DNA of 64,000 nucleotides from Centroscyllium fabricii (lineage: Eukaryota), in NCBI GenBank assembly GCA_051313645.2, contig JBNRSN020000107.1:2232001-2296000 (forward strand), read 5' to 3'. Under the pieces are notes generated by a model that saw nothing but the letters and a program-made list of their open reading frames with translations, made no database searches and was not told the origin of the DNA. How positions within the stretch are numbered: position 1 is the first letter of the stretch; every line of letters starts with the position of its first letter. Below, in pieces: positions 25,274-36,559 of the stretch. A program made the translations under genes and the position numbers.

Positions 25274-26031
25274 CAGGTGGAGCACCGGTAATCTGGCACC
25301 CTCGGGACCAGGCCGGTGCCGGACCATTGAAAATTCCGAACCACTGAAGGTTCTCGCCCTCCAGTTCCATCATGACCAAATGAACACTCGGGGAATTAAA
25401 TTTGAATTTCGCAAAGGAGAACGAGTCCTCTGCTCCGAGCCAGACCCAACAAAGGCCAAGGTTTTATACGATGCCAAGGTAGCGGCGCGACTCTTTGAAT
25501 TGGTGCAGCTCCGGTTTCCACCGATTGCCTCAAACACACACCAGAGGCGGCGGCGGCTGGGGGGCCCGGGGAGCGAGATATGGGGGTGGGGGGTTCACCC
25601 TCATCCGAGCTGCACCGTCTTGCTTAGTCAAATAAAGCGGCTTGTGTCACCTGGCCTAGTTGGTCGTGGTTGTTAATCAGTATTTCTCTTTCACCTCTGC
25701 CTCCGTTTTTGCAGATAAACCTAATGGGTAGAACACTCCCCGGGGCCTGGAGCGCGCAGGTAGAACACTCCCCGGGAGGGAGCCCAGGGATAGAACGCTC
25801 CCCGGGGCCTCGAGCGCGCGGGTAGAACACTCCCCGGGAGGGAGCCCAGGGATAGAACACTAAAAAGCAGAAATCCCAACCCTCGACGCCTTTGGTGCTC
25901 GCCCACCCTTCACGGGAAACCGTGGCACCGCCGAGCGGCTGCTCCGCAAACTGAGGACCGTCGGTTTCCATTCGTGCCGGACCACTGAAGGTGCCAGACC
26001 ATTGGGTGCCGGATTACCAGTGCTCAACCTG
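25274..26031. mobile_element. pogo/Tigger-like non-autonomous element carrying a captured gene fragment
   Basis: 28-bp TIRs CAGGTGGAGCACCGGTAATCTGGCACCC / CAGGTTGAGCACTGGTAATCCGGCACCC (3 mismatches); TA at 25272-25273 and 26032-26033. Confidence 0.9.
25380..25478 (+). pseudogene. MSL3: Captured first coding exon of MSL3 (chromo-barrel N-terminus)
   Basis: [33 protein letters not shown] followed by AAG|gtagcg; matches vertebrate MSL3 ...[24 protein letters not shown]; no further MSL3 exons recognised in the window. Confidence 0.85.
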
Positions 26032-26750
26032 TAGTTGAATTTACCAAAAACAAGGTTATATAAGCTAGCTAAATCTAGTGGGAAGATAGAAGATCGGGAA
26101 GCTTTTAAATGTCAGCAAAAAATAACAAAAAGATTGATTAAGAAAGGGAAGATAGATTATGAAAGTAAATTAGCAAAAAATATAACAACAGATAGCAAGA
26201 GTTTCTATAGTTACATAAAAAGAAAAAGGATGGCTAAAGTAAATGTTGGTCCTTTAAAGGATGAGACCGGGAAATTAATGGTAGGGGACATGGAGATGGC
26301 AAAAGCGCTGAACAAATATTTTGTATCAGTCTTTACAGTAGAGGACACTCAAAATATCCCAACAATGGATAAACAGGTGGCTCTAGGGGGGGAGGAGCTA
26401 ATTACGATTAAAGTCACTGAGGAAGTGGTACTCGGGAAAATTATGGGACTTAAAGAGGATAAATCCCCTGGACATCCTAGGGTCTTGAGGGAAGTGGCGG
26501 TAGGGATTGTGGATGCATTGGTAATCATTTTTCAAAACTCTCTGGACTCGGCAAAGGTTCCGGCAGATTGGAAAACTGCTAACGTAACGCCTTCATTTAA
26601 AAAGGGTAATAGACAGAAGGCTGGAAATTATAGACCAGTTAGCCTAACATCTGTGGTTGGCAAAATGTTAGAATCCATTATTAAGGAAACAGTAACAGGG
26701 CATTTGGATAAACATAATTTAATAGGACAAAGTCAGCATGGTTTTACAAA

Positions 26751-27148
26751 TAATGTGGAGGTGCCGGTGTTGGACTGGGGTGGACAAATGCAAGAAGTCA
26801 CACAACACCAGATTATAGTCCAACGGTTTTATTTTAAATCACAAGCTTTCGGAGCTTCTGCTCCTTCCTCAGGTGAAAAAGACTGACTTAAAGAACGCAC
26901 ATGTGCGATGAGGAGAGAAATCTGATATCCCCCCCATCTCACCTCCATAGAGACAGACATATAAAAGCTTATTAACATATTTTAAGTGTTACATTTAAGC
27001 ATAGCACATATAGAGAGAGATAACAATGTGGTCTCTCCAGTTGTTTCACATCACACCTCAGCTGAGGGACATCAAAGCAGTCACAGACTTTCCAACATAT
27101 CAAAGGTTCCAGTCACCAAGGGTCAAATGTTAGTCTGCTTTAAATCCC
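26751..27148 (-). mobile_element. Penelope-like terminal repeat fragment
   Basis: Shark Penelope-end sequence (GGTGCCGGTGTTGGACTGGGGTGGACAA...) also at ~39770-39862 and ~52260-52378; short inverted copy at ~29756-29789. Confidence 0.6.
26839..26876 (-). ncRNA. Minimal type I hammerhead ribozyme
   Basis: TCAC-CTGAGGA-A-GGAGC-AGAA-GCTCC-GAAA-GCTT-GTGA: intact CUGAnGA/GAAA core, stem I TCAC/GTGA, stem II GGAGC/GCTCC, palindromic AAGCTT. Confidence 0.7.
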
Positions 27149-29714
27149 CCGCGTAGTCGGAGGCGTCGGTGGTGAGCGCCACCTTGGCGTTGGGCCGTGG
27201 GTGTGCGAGCAGGGTGGCGTTGGCCAGTGCAGACTTGGTGGAGTCGAAGGCGGCGGAGGTTTGCGCCGTCCATTCGACCGCCATTTTGCCGCTCTTCCCG
27301 CGGAGGGCTTGGTAGAGGGGGCCCAGGAGGGATGCCGCTTTAGGGATAAAGCGGTTGTAAAAGTTCACCATCCCGAGGAACTCTTGGAGGCCCTTGATGG
27401 TGGTGGGCCGGGGAAATTGCTGGACGGCCTGCACCTTGGTGGGCAGGGGAATGGCCCCGGCCTGGGTTATGCGGTGGCCGAGGAAGTCAATCTGGTCGAG
27501 ACCGAACTGGCACTTGGCGGGGCTGAGGATGAGGCCGTGTTCGCTGAGGCGCGTGAACAGGGCCCTGAGGTGTTCCTGCTTGGAGGAACTGGCTACCAGG
27601 ATGTCGTCTAGGTAGACGAACAGGAACTTCAGGTCCCGTAGGACCGAGTCCATGAGCCGCTGGAACGCCTGCGCCGCATTTTTGAGGCCGAAGGGCATCC
27701 GCAGGAACTCAAACAGCCCGAAGGGAGTGATGACTGCGGTCTTGGGGATGTCGGCGGCGTGGACGGGGACTTGGTGGTAGCCGCGCACCAGGTCGACTTT
27801 GGAGAAGACTGAGCACTTGGCCAGTCTGGCCGAAAAGTCCTGGATGTGCGGTACTGGGTACCGATCTGGCGTGGTGGCGTCGTTGAGGCGCCGGTAATCC
27901 CCGCAGGGGTGCCAGCCCCCGTCGGGCTTGGGGGCGATGTGGAGTGGTGAGGCCCAAGGGCTGTTGGAGTGGCGGATGATGCCGAGCTGCTCCATGGTGG
28001 CAAACTCGTTCCGCGCGATCTCCAACTTGGCTGGGTCTAGCCTGCGGGCGTGGGCGTGCACCGGTGGGCCGGTGGTGAGGATAAAGTGTTCTACCCCATG
28101 CTTGGCTACCTTGGCGGTGAAGGTCGGGTTGGTGAGGGCCGGGAATTCGGGCAGGAGTGCCGAGTAAGCGTCTGTGGCCCGGGCATGGCACTGTGCGGTC
28201 ATGTTGGCGGGCTGGGCAGGGGCCGTGGCGCCTGGGATGGGGGTCATGGAGTTGATGTCCACGAGGCGGCGCCGGGGCATGTCGACCAGCAGGCCGTGGG
28301 CACATAGGAAGTCTGCGCCGATGATTGGCGAGAGTATCTTGGCGGTGAGAAACTCCCACGTATAGCAGCGCCCTGCGAGATGGAGTTGGACCGTGCGGGT
28401 GCCGTACGTCCGGATGTCGGACCCGTTGGCCGCGGCAAGTGCCGGGCCTCGCGTGCCTGTTTTGATTTCGAGGGCGGAGGCGGGCACAATGCTATGCTGG
28501 GCCCCGGTGTCGCAAAGGAAGCGCCGTCCGGTTTTGCCATCCGTGACGTACAGGAGGCATCCAGCGTGCCCTACGGACATGGTGGGGGCTGATGTATGTG
28601 CGGGCTTGAAGGTGCAGGGTTGCGTGCACCGTTGCGCCCTGGCGCCGAACCGGGCGTGGTAATAGCAGTACCCAGGATTCGGCGGGTTTGGGGAACGTGG
28701 CGGTCGTGTGGGCCTGGGGGCTGGTCCTGGCGACCGCGTGGTGGGAGTGGCTGGTCGCGCCGTGGCGGCGGCTGCCAAGTCCGCGGTGCCGTGGCCCTGT
28801 GGTCCCGCCATCAGCCTGTCGGCCAGGCTGGCTAGGTCTGCCAGATTCTGGAGGTCGGACGCAACGATGGCGGGGCGGATGCTGGGGGGAAGCTGCTGTA
28901 TAAAGAGCGTCCGGAAGAGGGATCCCGGAGGACTCTCGTCCGTGAGCGAGAGCATGTGGGAGAGGAGGCGCGATGGTGAAGCGTCACCGAGGCCCTGGAG
29001 GGCAAGGAGCTGGCTGCAGCGCTGGTACTGGGAAGTAGTGAACCTTTTAAGGAGCGCGGCCTTAAGATGTGTGTACTTGCCCTGCTGCGGTGGATTCTGC
29101 AGCTCTGCCCAGACTTCCGTCACCGTGGAGCTCCCCAGTGAAGCGATGAGGTAGTCGTACTGCACGTCTTCTTTGTTGACCCGGTGTAGTCTGAACCGGG
29201 ATTCTGCCTGAACAAACCAGGCTTGGGGCTGATGTACCCAAAACTCAGGCAGCCGGACCGCGGCTGTGCTTGCGTCCACCATCATGGTGTTCGGAATGCG
29301 TTCCAAACGTCGGGGTCACCAATGTTGTGTTCGCTGGTGGGCGAAAGAACTCCTGAGACCGAGTAACAGCAAACAACCTTCTTTATTTGTTCACATTACA
29401 GAGTGTGCGTTTTCGCGCCCTTGCGCTCGAATAAGTAGCCCCCATGAAGTCATTACGCATGAGCCCGATGACGTCGGCGCGTCTGCGCGTTGGTGCATGT
29501 CGGGCGCGTTGTGCGCATGCGCGGGGACGTCTTTGCGTCGGCACCGGCCTCGGGAGAGCAGCGCACCTCGGGGCCGGTGCCTCCAGAGCGCGTTGTGCGC
29601 ATGCACGGGGGCGTCTTCGCGTCGGCCTCGGGAGAGTAGCGCACCTCGGGGCCGGTGCCTCCAGGGTCCATGAGTCCGGCGGATTCGCCGGTAAGTCTGT
29701 GGCGATCCGCCACA
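27149..29714 (-). mobile_element. 3'-truncated Ty3/Gypsy element (5' LTR 29323-29714, PBS, open gag-pro-RT-partial RNase H)
   Basis: 392-bp LTR TG...CA; PBS TGGTGACCCCGACGT (tRNA-Trp); 727-aa ORF 27123-29306 with CDTGA, YLDD, breaking off after TTDASDYAG. Confidence 0.93.
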
Positions 29715-30330
29715 ACATCATGATTTTTTAAAAACCAGGATTTTTCTTACTTAAAAACTATAATCTGGTGGTGTGTGACTTCTTGCATTTGGTTTTACAA
29801 AGGGGAAGTCATGTTTGACAAATTTGCTAGAGTTCTTTGAAGACATAACATACAGGGTAGATAAAGGGGAACCAGTGGATGTAGTGTATTTAGACTGCCA
29901 AAAGGCATTTGACAAGGTGCCCCACAAAAGATTATTACTCAAGATAAAAAATCACGGGGTTGGGGGTAATATTCTGGTATGGGTGGAGGATTGGCTTTCT
30001 AACAGAAAACAGAGAGTTGGGATAAATGGTTCGTTCTCAGACTGGCAGTCAGTCACTAGTGGTGTTCCGCAAGGGTCGGTGCTGGGACCCCAACTCTTAA
30101 CAATCTATATTAATGATTTGGAAGAAGGGACCAAGTGCAACATATCAAAGTTTGCGGATGACACAAAGATGAGAGGGAGGGTGATGAGTGAGGAGGACAT
30201 TAAAAACCTGCAAAAGGACATAGATAGGCTAAGTGAGTGGGCAGAGATTTGGCAGATGGAGTATAATACTGGAAAGTGTGAAGTTATGCACTTTGGCAGG
30301 AAAAATAATAGAGCGAGTTATTATCTAAAT

Positions 30331-30367
30331 CATAGGTCTCCAACCGCCGGTCTGCTGGGGACCACTG
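30331..30367. mobile_element. 37-bp miniature hAT (Charlie-like) element
   Basis: 8-bp TSD ATCTAAAT (30323-30330, 30368-30375); ends CATAGGTCTCCA / TGGGGACCACTG; sister CR1 copy near 3110 has the empty site. Confidence 0.75.
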
Positions 30368-32765
30368 ATCTAAATGGAAAGAAACTGGAAAGTACTTCAG
30401 TGCAAAGGGATCTGGGGTCCTGGTGCAGGAAACACAAAAGGTTAGTATGCAGGTGCAGCAGGTGGTCAGGAAGGCCAACGGAATGTTGGCTTTTATTGCG
30501 AAGGGGATTGAGTATAAAAGCCGGGAAGTCTTGCTGCAGTTGTACAGGGTATTGGTGAGACCACACCTGGAATACTGCATGCAGTTCTGGTATCCATATT
30601 TAAGAAAGGACATACTTGCTCTCGAGGCAGTGCAAAGAAGGTTCGCTAGGTTAATTCCGGGCATGAGGGGGCTAACATATGACGAGAGGCTGAGTAGATT
30701 GGGCCTCTACTCATTGGAGTTCAGAAGAATGAGAGGCGATCTTATTGAAACATATAAGATTGTGAGAGGGCTTGATCGGGTGGATGCGGTGAGGATGTTC
30801 CCAATGGTGGGTGAAACTAGGACTAGGGGGCATGATCTTAAAATAAGGGGCTGCCATTTCAAAACTGAGATGAGGAGAAACTTCTTCACTCAGAGGGTGG
30901 TGGGGCTGTGGAATTTGCTGCCCCAGAGAGCTGTGGATGCTACTACATTGAATAAATTTAAAACAGAGATAGACAGTTTCCTGGAAGTAAAGGGAATTAG
31001 GGGTTATGGTGAGCGGGCAGGTAAGTGGACGTGAGGCTAGGTTCAGATCGGCCATGTGATCTTCTGGTCCAGTTTTCGATTGCCTAGATGGGTCGGAGAG
31101 GAATTTCCCAGATTTTTTCTCCAAAATTGGCCACTGGGTTTTTTATCTGGTTTTTCGCCTCTCCTGGGTGATCACATGGGTTTGGGCGGAATGGAGAGTA
31201 AAAATAAAATTGAGGTTAGGATCAGATCAGCCATGGTCTTGTTGAATGGCGGAGCAGGCTCGAGGGGCCGATTGGCCTACTCCTGCTCCTATTTCTTATG
31301 TTCTTATTTACAACAATTACAATTACACAGCAAATAATCAGTTACACAATGTTTGAGACACAAATCAGAGCAGCTTTCTCCCACTAACCATGCCATCAAT
31401 TTTACCAGTCAGGTCGACAGAGTCTGACCAGTATATTTCCCGCCATTCTAGTGAATTTCTCTTGCTCGTGACATCTGACTTGTTTATCAGATAACTCGGC
31501 TCCAAGGCCATCCAGAGTATAAGACAAACATTTACAAGTTTTGCAACCATTTAACATTTCAAAGACATCAAGAAATTTCTGATGCAATTAATTGTATATG
31601 TAATGACTTACCTCCAGGCAGCCTACTCACCGCCCACCAAAACTATAGATTAGGGAATTGTTTTACTTTGCCCACACAGACAAAGGAACTCATTTAAGAA
31701 TACATCTAACTGAAGTCCATTTTAAATTTGCAATATTTTGGTTCATTTAAAAGTTCAGATGAAAAGTATATAACCTAGAAATGTCTACCGTTTGAGCAAT
31801 GATGGAGCTCTGCTTGTGTCACAGTGGTCACAGAAGGTGAACGTACTCCAGGACAATTCTTCGCTACCGCCACAGTTGACAGTGGTACCATGACGTATCG
31901 CTGGCAGAGTGGGCCATCCATCTGCAAGCGAACTGGGTTCAGGCCAAGTGGATAATGAAGCAGTCCACCTGGCACATTCATTGATGGGAATGAAGGGCAG
32001 TTAGGCTAGCTCTGGAACATTTCCAAATACAGGTACCAAAGCAAGCCCTACCTGAATGAAACTTGTACAGAGCATCAGTTATCATCCCCAGCTGGAGTAT
32101 TGTGTCCAATTCTGGGCAGCATACTTTAAGAAGGACCGTTCCCTCCATGACATCCTGATCCACTCTTCCATCGCTCCCAACACCCAATCCCTTTCCAAGG
32201 CTCAGTGCCTGCTTATAAACTGTTAAATCTTCTCCCAGTTCTGATGAAAGATCAGCGGCCTGAAATGTGCAATGCCTCATTTCACAAATGGTGTCATTTA
32301 GGGTTGTTAAAACTTGAAATCCCACAACCATTAACAGCAACAAGTCAGGCTTTTGGAGCTAAAATCATCTTGACTTTCATCTGTTGAAGATTATATTCCA
32401 GAGGATGAACTAATACCAAGAATGAAGAGCTGATTGATGGAAAGCTGTCCTCAGACCTTGTGTGCCCAGTCTCTGGAGGGAAAGTGAATGCTCATTTTTT
32501 CTGAAAAGCTCAATGTTGTGCATTCATGAAAGAAAAGGGTAAAGTCTATCCTGGCCTCAGAGCCACTCCACTGGGTTTTTAGGACTTTCGTTCCATGATT
32601 TAAAGATTTGGGGATAAATTTTAACCTTCATTCCACCCAGCTTTTATTACCATGAAACCAGCCACATACACGCCACGATTGGCAGTCTTTCAATGAAAGG
32701 TTATTGATTTCCAGAGATGACAATCATCTCAGCTACTAACATTAGGAACAATAAAATTCAATGGT

Positions 32766-33600
32766 CTAGCTGCAACAGGACCTGGACGACATCCAGGCTT
32801 GGGCTGATAAGTGGCAGGTAGCATTCGTGCCACATAAGTGCCAGGTAATGACTATCTCCAACAAGCGAGAGTCTAACCACCGCCCCTTGACATTCAACAG
32901 AATTACCATCGCCGAATCCCCACCATCAACATCCTGGGGGGTCACCATTGACCAAAAACTTAACTGGACCAGCCACATAAATACTGTGGCAACAAGAGCA
33001 AGTCAGAGGCTGGGAATTCATGTGCGAGTGTTTCACCTCCTGACTCCCCAAAGCCTTTCCACCATCTACAAGGCACAAGTCAGGAGTGTGATGGAATACT
33101 CTCCACTTGCCTGGATGAGTGCAGCTCCAACAACACTCAAGAAGCTCGACACCATCCAGGACAAAGCAGCCTGTTTGATTGGCACTCCATCCACCACCTT
33201 AAACATTGACTCCCTCCACCACTGGCGTACCGTGGCTGCAGTGTGTACCATCTGCAAGATGCACTGCAGCAACTCATCAAGGCTTCTTCGGCAGCACCTC
33301 CCAAACCCGCAACTTCTTCCACCTAGAAGGACAAGGGCAGCAGGCGCATAGGAACACCACCACCTCCAAGTTCCCCTCCAAGTCACACACCATCCTGACT
33401 TAGAAGTGTATCGCTGATTCTTCATCGTCACTGGGTCAAAATCCTGGAACTCCATCCCTAACAGCACTGTGGGAGCACCTTCACCACACGGACTGCAGTG
33501 GTTCAAGAAGGCAGCTCACCACCACCTTCTCGAGGGCAATTAGAGATGTGCAATAAATGCTGGCTTTGCCAGCAACGCTCAGATCCCATAAATGAATTCT
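32766..33600 (+). mobile_element. CR1-clade LINE 3' fragment
   Basis: LQQDLDDIQAWADKWQV, IYKAQVRSVMEYS, tail AATAAATGCTGG... Confidence 0.8.
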
Positions 33601-33609
33601 AAAAAAATT

Positions 33610-36151
33610 GTGGCCTTAGCACCACTCTCTAACGCCATTATGGTGCTAAAACAGCAGCCGCCGCTCATTCACCAGCTGCTGGCGGTTCCCGCGGCAGCTG
33701 CCGTTTCCATCCTTACCTTTACGTTGCTGGTAACTGGCAGCGTCATGCTGGACAAAATGGTGGCGTTGTGATGTAAATCCGCCTGCAATGACGACTTAAC
33801 ATCACAAGCGCGAACTTCGACCCTAGTCAGCGCTGGGTCTTAAGCATGACAGGTTAACCTGGCATGCAAGCAGACTGACAGTGGCGATATCTGCACCTCT
33901 TAAGGGGACACACATATCGTTCAGCTAAGTTAGGATTTAAGGATTGGAACTGTTTTTTATATTGCTTGCTGCAATAGATGTGAAAAGTTTTTTTAAGTGT
34001 GTAGGGAGTGCTGCTGGATGCTTGCAAGGGCTCGGATGGTTAAATGAAGGCCTTTAATAAGACAGAAAATGCTGCAAATAATCAACAGGTCAGGCAACAT
34101 CTATGGAGAGAAAAACAGAGTTCACATCCCGGGTCAAGATGCAGCCTGACCAGCTGGGTATTTCCAGCATTTTATGCTGTCATTTCACCTTTACAACATC
34201 TGCTCGCAGTGGGAAGAGAAGGACACAGACGAGGAGGAAGCAGAAGAGGAGGAATCAGATCGAAGGATGCATCCCAGACAGCCCCTTTGTGGTCGGGATA
34301 TCCGGGATGGAATCATCCGTCTGCGGTTCCAGTGACCACAACCCCAATTCCCCTTTCAACATTAGTCCCACACCTTACCTTCCATCTGTTACTGACCATC
34401 ACAGTGTCCTCTTGGCCATGATGCTGAAATAAAAGCCACCACAAAGCAAACTTTCCAATCCACCTATATAAGTCTATCCATCCAATGTGACTCCAAGAAA
34501 TCATCACCTGAATGTATTCTCTGAGAGATTGTCTTGTGTGTGTGTGCCTTTGCCTATCCTACTGATATCACGCAGTGCTACCCCAGTGGCTGCAGCATGG
34601 CTGGTGGAAGGCTGCTGACTTTCAGTGGGGGACACTGCAAATGGCTTTGCTGGTTGACCTTGAGGAGCTGGCGGCTAGGCTTGTCAAATCAATCATCTTT
34701 TTCACTCTCCTCTGACTCTTCTGGATCACCCATTGGCTGGGCAGGCTGCATTTCTGGGTCACCCACGGGCTGGGCAGGCTGCATTTCTGGGTCACCCACT
34801 GGCTGGGCAGGCTGCATTTCTGGATCACCCACGGGCTGGGCAGGCTGCATTTCTGGATCACCCACGGGCTGGGCAGGCTGCATTTCTGGATCACCCATTG
34901 TCTGGGCAGGCTGCATTTCTGGATCACCCATTGTCTGGGCAGGCTGCATTTCTGGGTCACCCACGGGCTGGGCAGGCTGCATTTCTGGATCACCCACTGG
35001 CTGGGCAGGCTGCATTTCTGGATCACCCACTGGCTGGGCAGGCTGCATTTCTGGGTCACCCACTGGCTGGGCAGGCTGCATTTCTGGGTCACCCACGGGC
35101 TGGGCAGGCTGCATTTCTGGGTCACCCACGGGCTGGGCAGGCTGCATTTCTGGGTCACCCACGGGCTGGGCAAGCTGCATTTCTTGGGTGCGTGAAATGA
35201 GGAAGGCACAAGGGTGGAGTTGTGGTGATGGGAGGGCGGGAAAGCATGAGGTCCATGCCAGAAGGAGAATCACGTGTGAGGATATCAGCATCTTGTGTCC
35301 TTTCGGCCCCGCTGGTGGCCAGAGGCTCAGCTATGCTCCTGCCAAGAATGGCCGGCACCATCTCCTCCAAGGATGTGAGGTGAGTCTAGGAATGGGAGTT
35401 GTGCCTCGTGTTTGGTACAGATTGTTGGTGATTGATTGGGGGTTATGCAATGAGCAGTGTGTGAGGCTAATGGTGCAGTTGGTAGGAGACGGCTTTTGAA
35501 GATGCATTCACTGACTCTGACCAGTGGTCTGAGGTCATGAAGCTTCTTTGGGCAATGGAGCCAGGTGATAGGGGGTGACACTGTTCTTTCTGGAGGGCCT
35601 CCTGGCCCCAGTGGGTAGAGGGCCTGTCTTGCAGTGTTGACCCCCGGCACAAAGCTGGAGTAATGCGTGCGAGACCCTCAGTGACCCTTCTCTGGCTTGC
35701 TGAGCAAATTTGTGTTAGTGCAGAGGCATTTTTCCCATTTTCTGAGGTTAGAAAGGGAATTCAGCTTTAAGAGCTGAATATTCATATTTGGGACTTTTTA
35801 ATGTTAAATATTTGTTTAAACGGCTGAAAACGACATTGTTCCACTTCATTTTATTTTGTATTGCTTCAGTGTGCATGGCCCCTTTAATTCTCAGACCTCT
35901 TCATTGCCCACAATTCCTTGCGAGCTCCACAGCCTTGCTTCCGGAGGCTGTGGGAAGCTGCAACGCTGCTCCTGTACATGAACTTCAGGTCGGATGCTCC
36001 AGTAACGCCACCAGGACTGCATTGCACGGAAGGTAAACGCTGTGCCAACAATCTCCATCCGCCCAGATTAATTTTGCTCCGTTAGCATTGCGGCCATTTT
36101 CAGCGACTGTTAACACCAGCAACGTTACTGGCTAAAATGAATTTCTCCCCC
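33610..36151 (-). mobile_element. Decayed Harbinger element with Myb/SANT-like gene remnant
   Basis: ITWLHCPKKLHDLRPLVR resembles the Myb/SANT-like motif RTWxQCRKKFNDL; MEEMVPAILG segment; terminal AATTTCTCCCCC. Confidence 0.55.
34720..35181. repeat. 33-bp minisatellite, 14 copies
   Basis: Unit TCTGG(A/G)TCACCCA(C/T)(G/T)G(G/T)CTGGGCAGGCTGCATT; minus strand reads (QPVGDPEMQPA)n. Confidence 0.97.
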
Positions 36152-36559
36152 AATAAATTCTGTTAAATAATGATTGCCCTACCCCTACCCCTACTAGCAA
36201 AAAATAGTGGCTGAAGTGTTGTCACAATTGCATTCGGGTTATGCTGAAAATATCCCACCATGGGACCTCTGGCTTTAACTTAGAAACTTTGAAAACTTAG
36301 AATTACCTCCTCCCAATCCTCTGTTTACAACCAGGCCGCATCCTATTCTGTGCTATGCTCATGTAAGCTGAATTTCCTCTGCTTCCATTCACATGCACAT
36401 TTTGGCCGTTCCTCTGGACCCTAGCCCGTTACTTCTAATTCTTGTTTTCTTTTCATGTCAGGCTTTTCTGTCCTGTACCCCACCTTCCTGTTACCCAGTT
36501 ATGCCTCCTTTCATTTCTCCCCTGTCAGATACTTGCCCCCCCTCAACCCCCCCAAATTC

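Larger units (their letters stand above)
26043..31307 (+). mobile_element. CR1 LINE ORF2 and 3' UTR, interrupted at 26751-29789 and 30331-30367
   Basis: NYRPVSLTSVVGK...QSQHGFTK resumes as GFTKGKSCLTNLLEFF after the insert; RT and C-terminal motifs; tail (TTCTTATG)n. Confidence 0.9.

Noticed and set aside
25380-25676. Functional MSL3 gene or a novel 98-aa protein
   Set aside because: Similarity ends exactly at the GT after LYDAK and the rest is intron read-through. No other MSL3 exons were recognised and the fragment is enclosed by TIRs.
31775-32055. Possible coding exon in unique-looking sequence
   Set aside because: The frames I checked from the candidate acceptor hit stops and no peptide was recognisable.
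34534-35499. 321-aa repeat protein gene on the plus strand
   Set aside because: The length comes from a stop-free 33-bp minisatellite that is open in several frames. The start is non-ATG and it is antisense to the Harbinger remnant.
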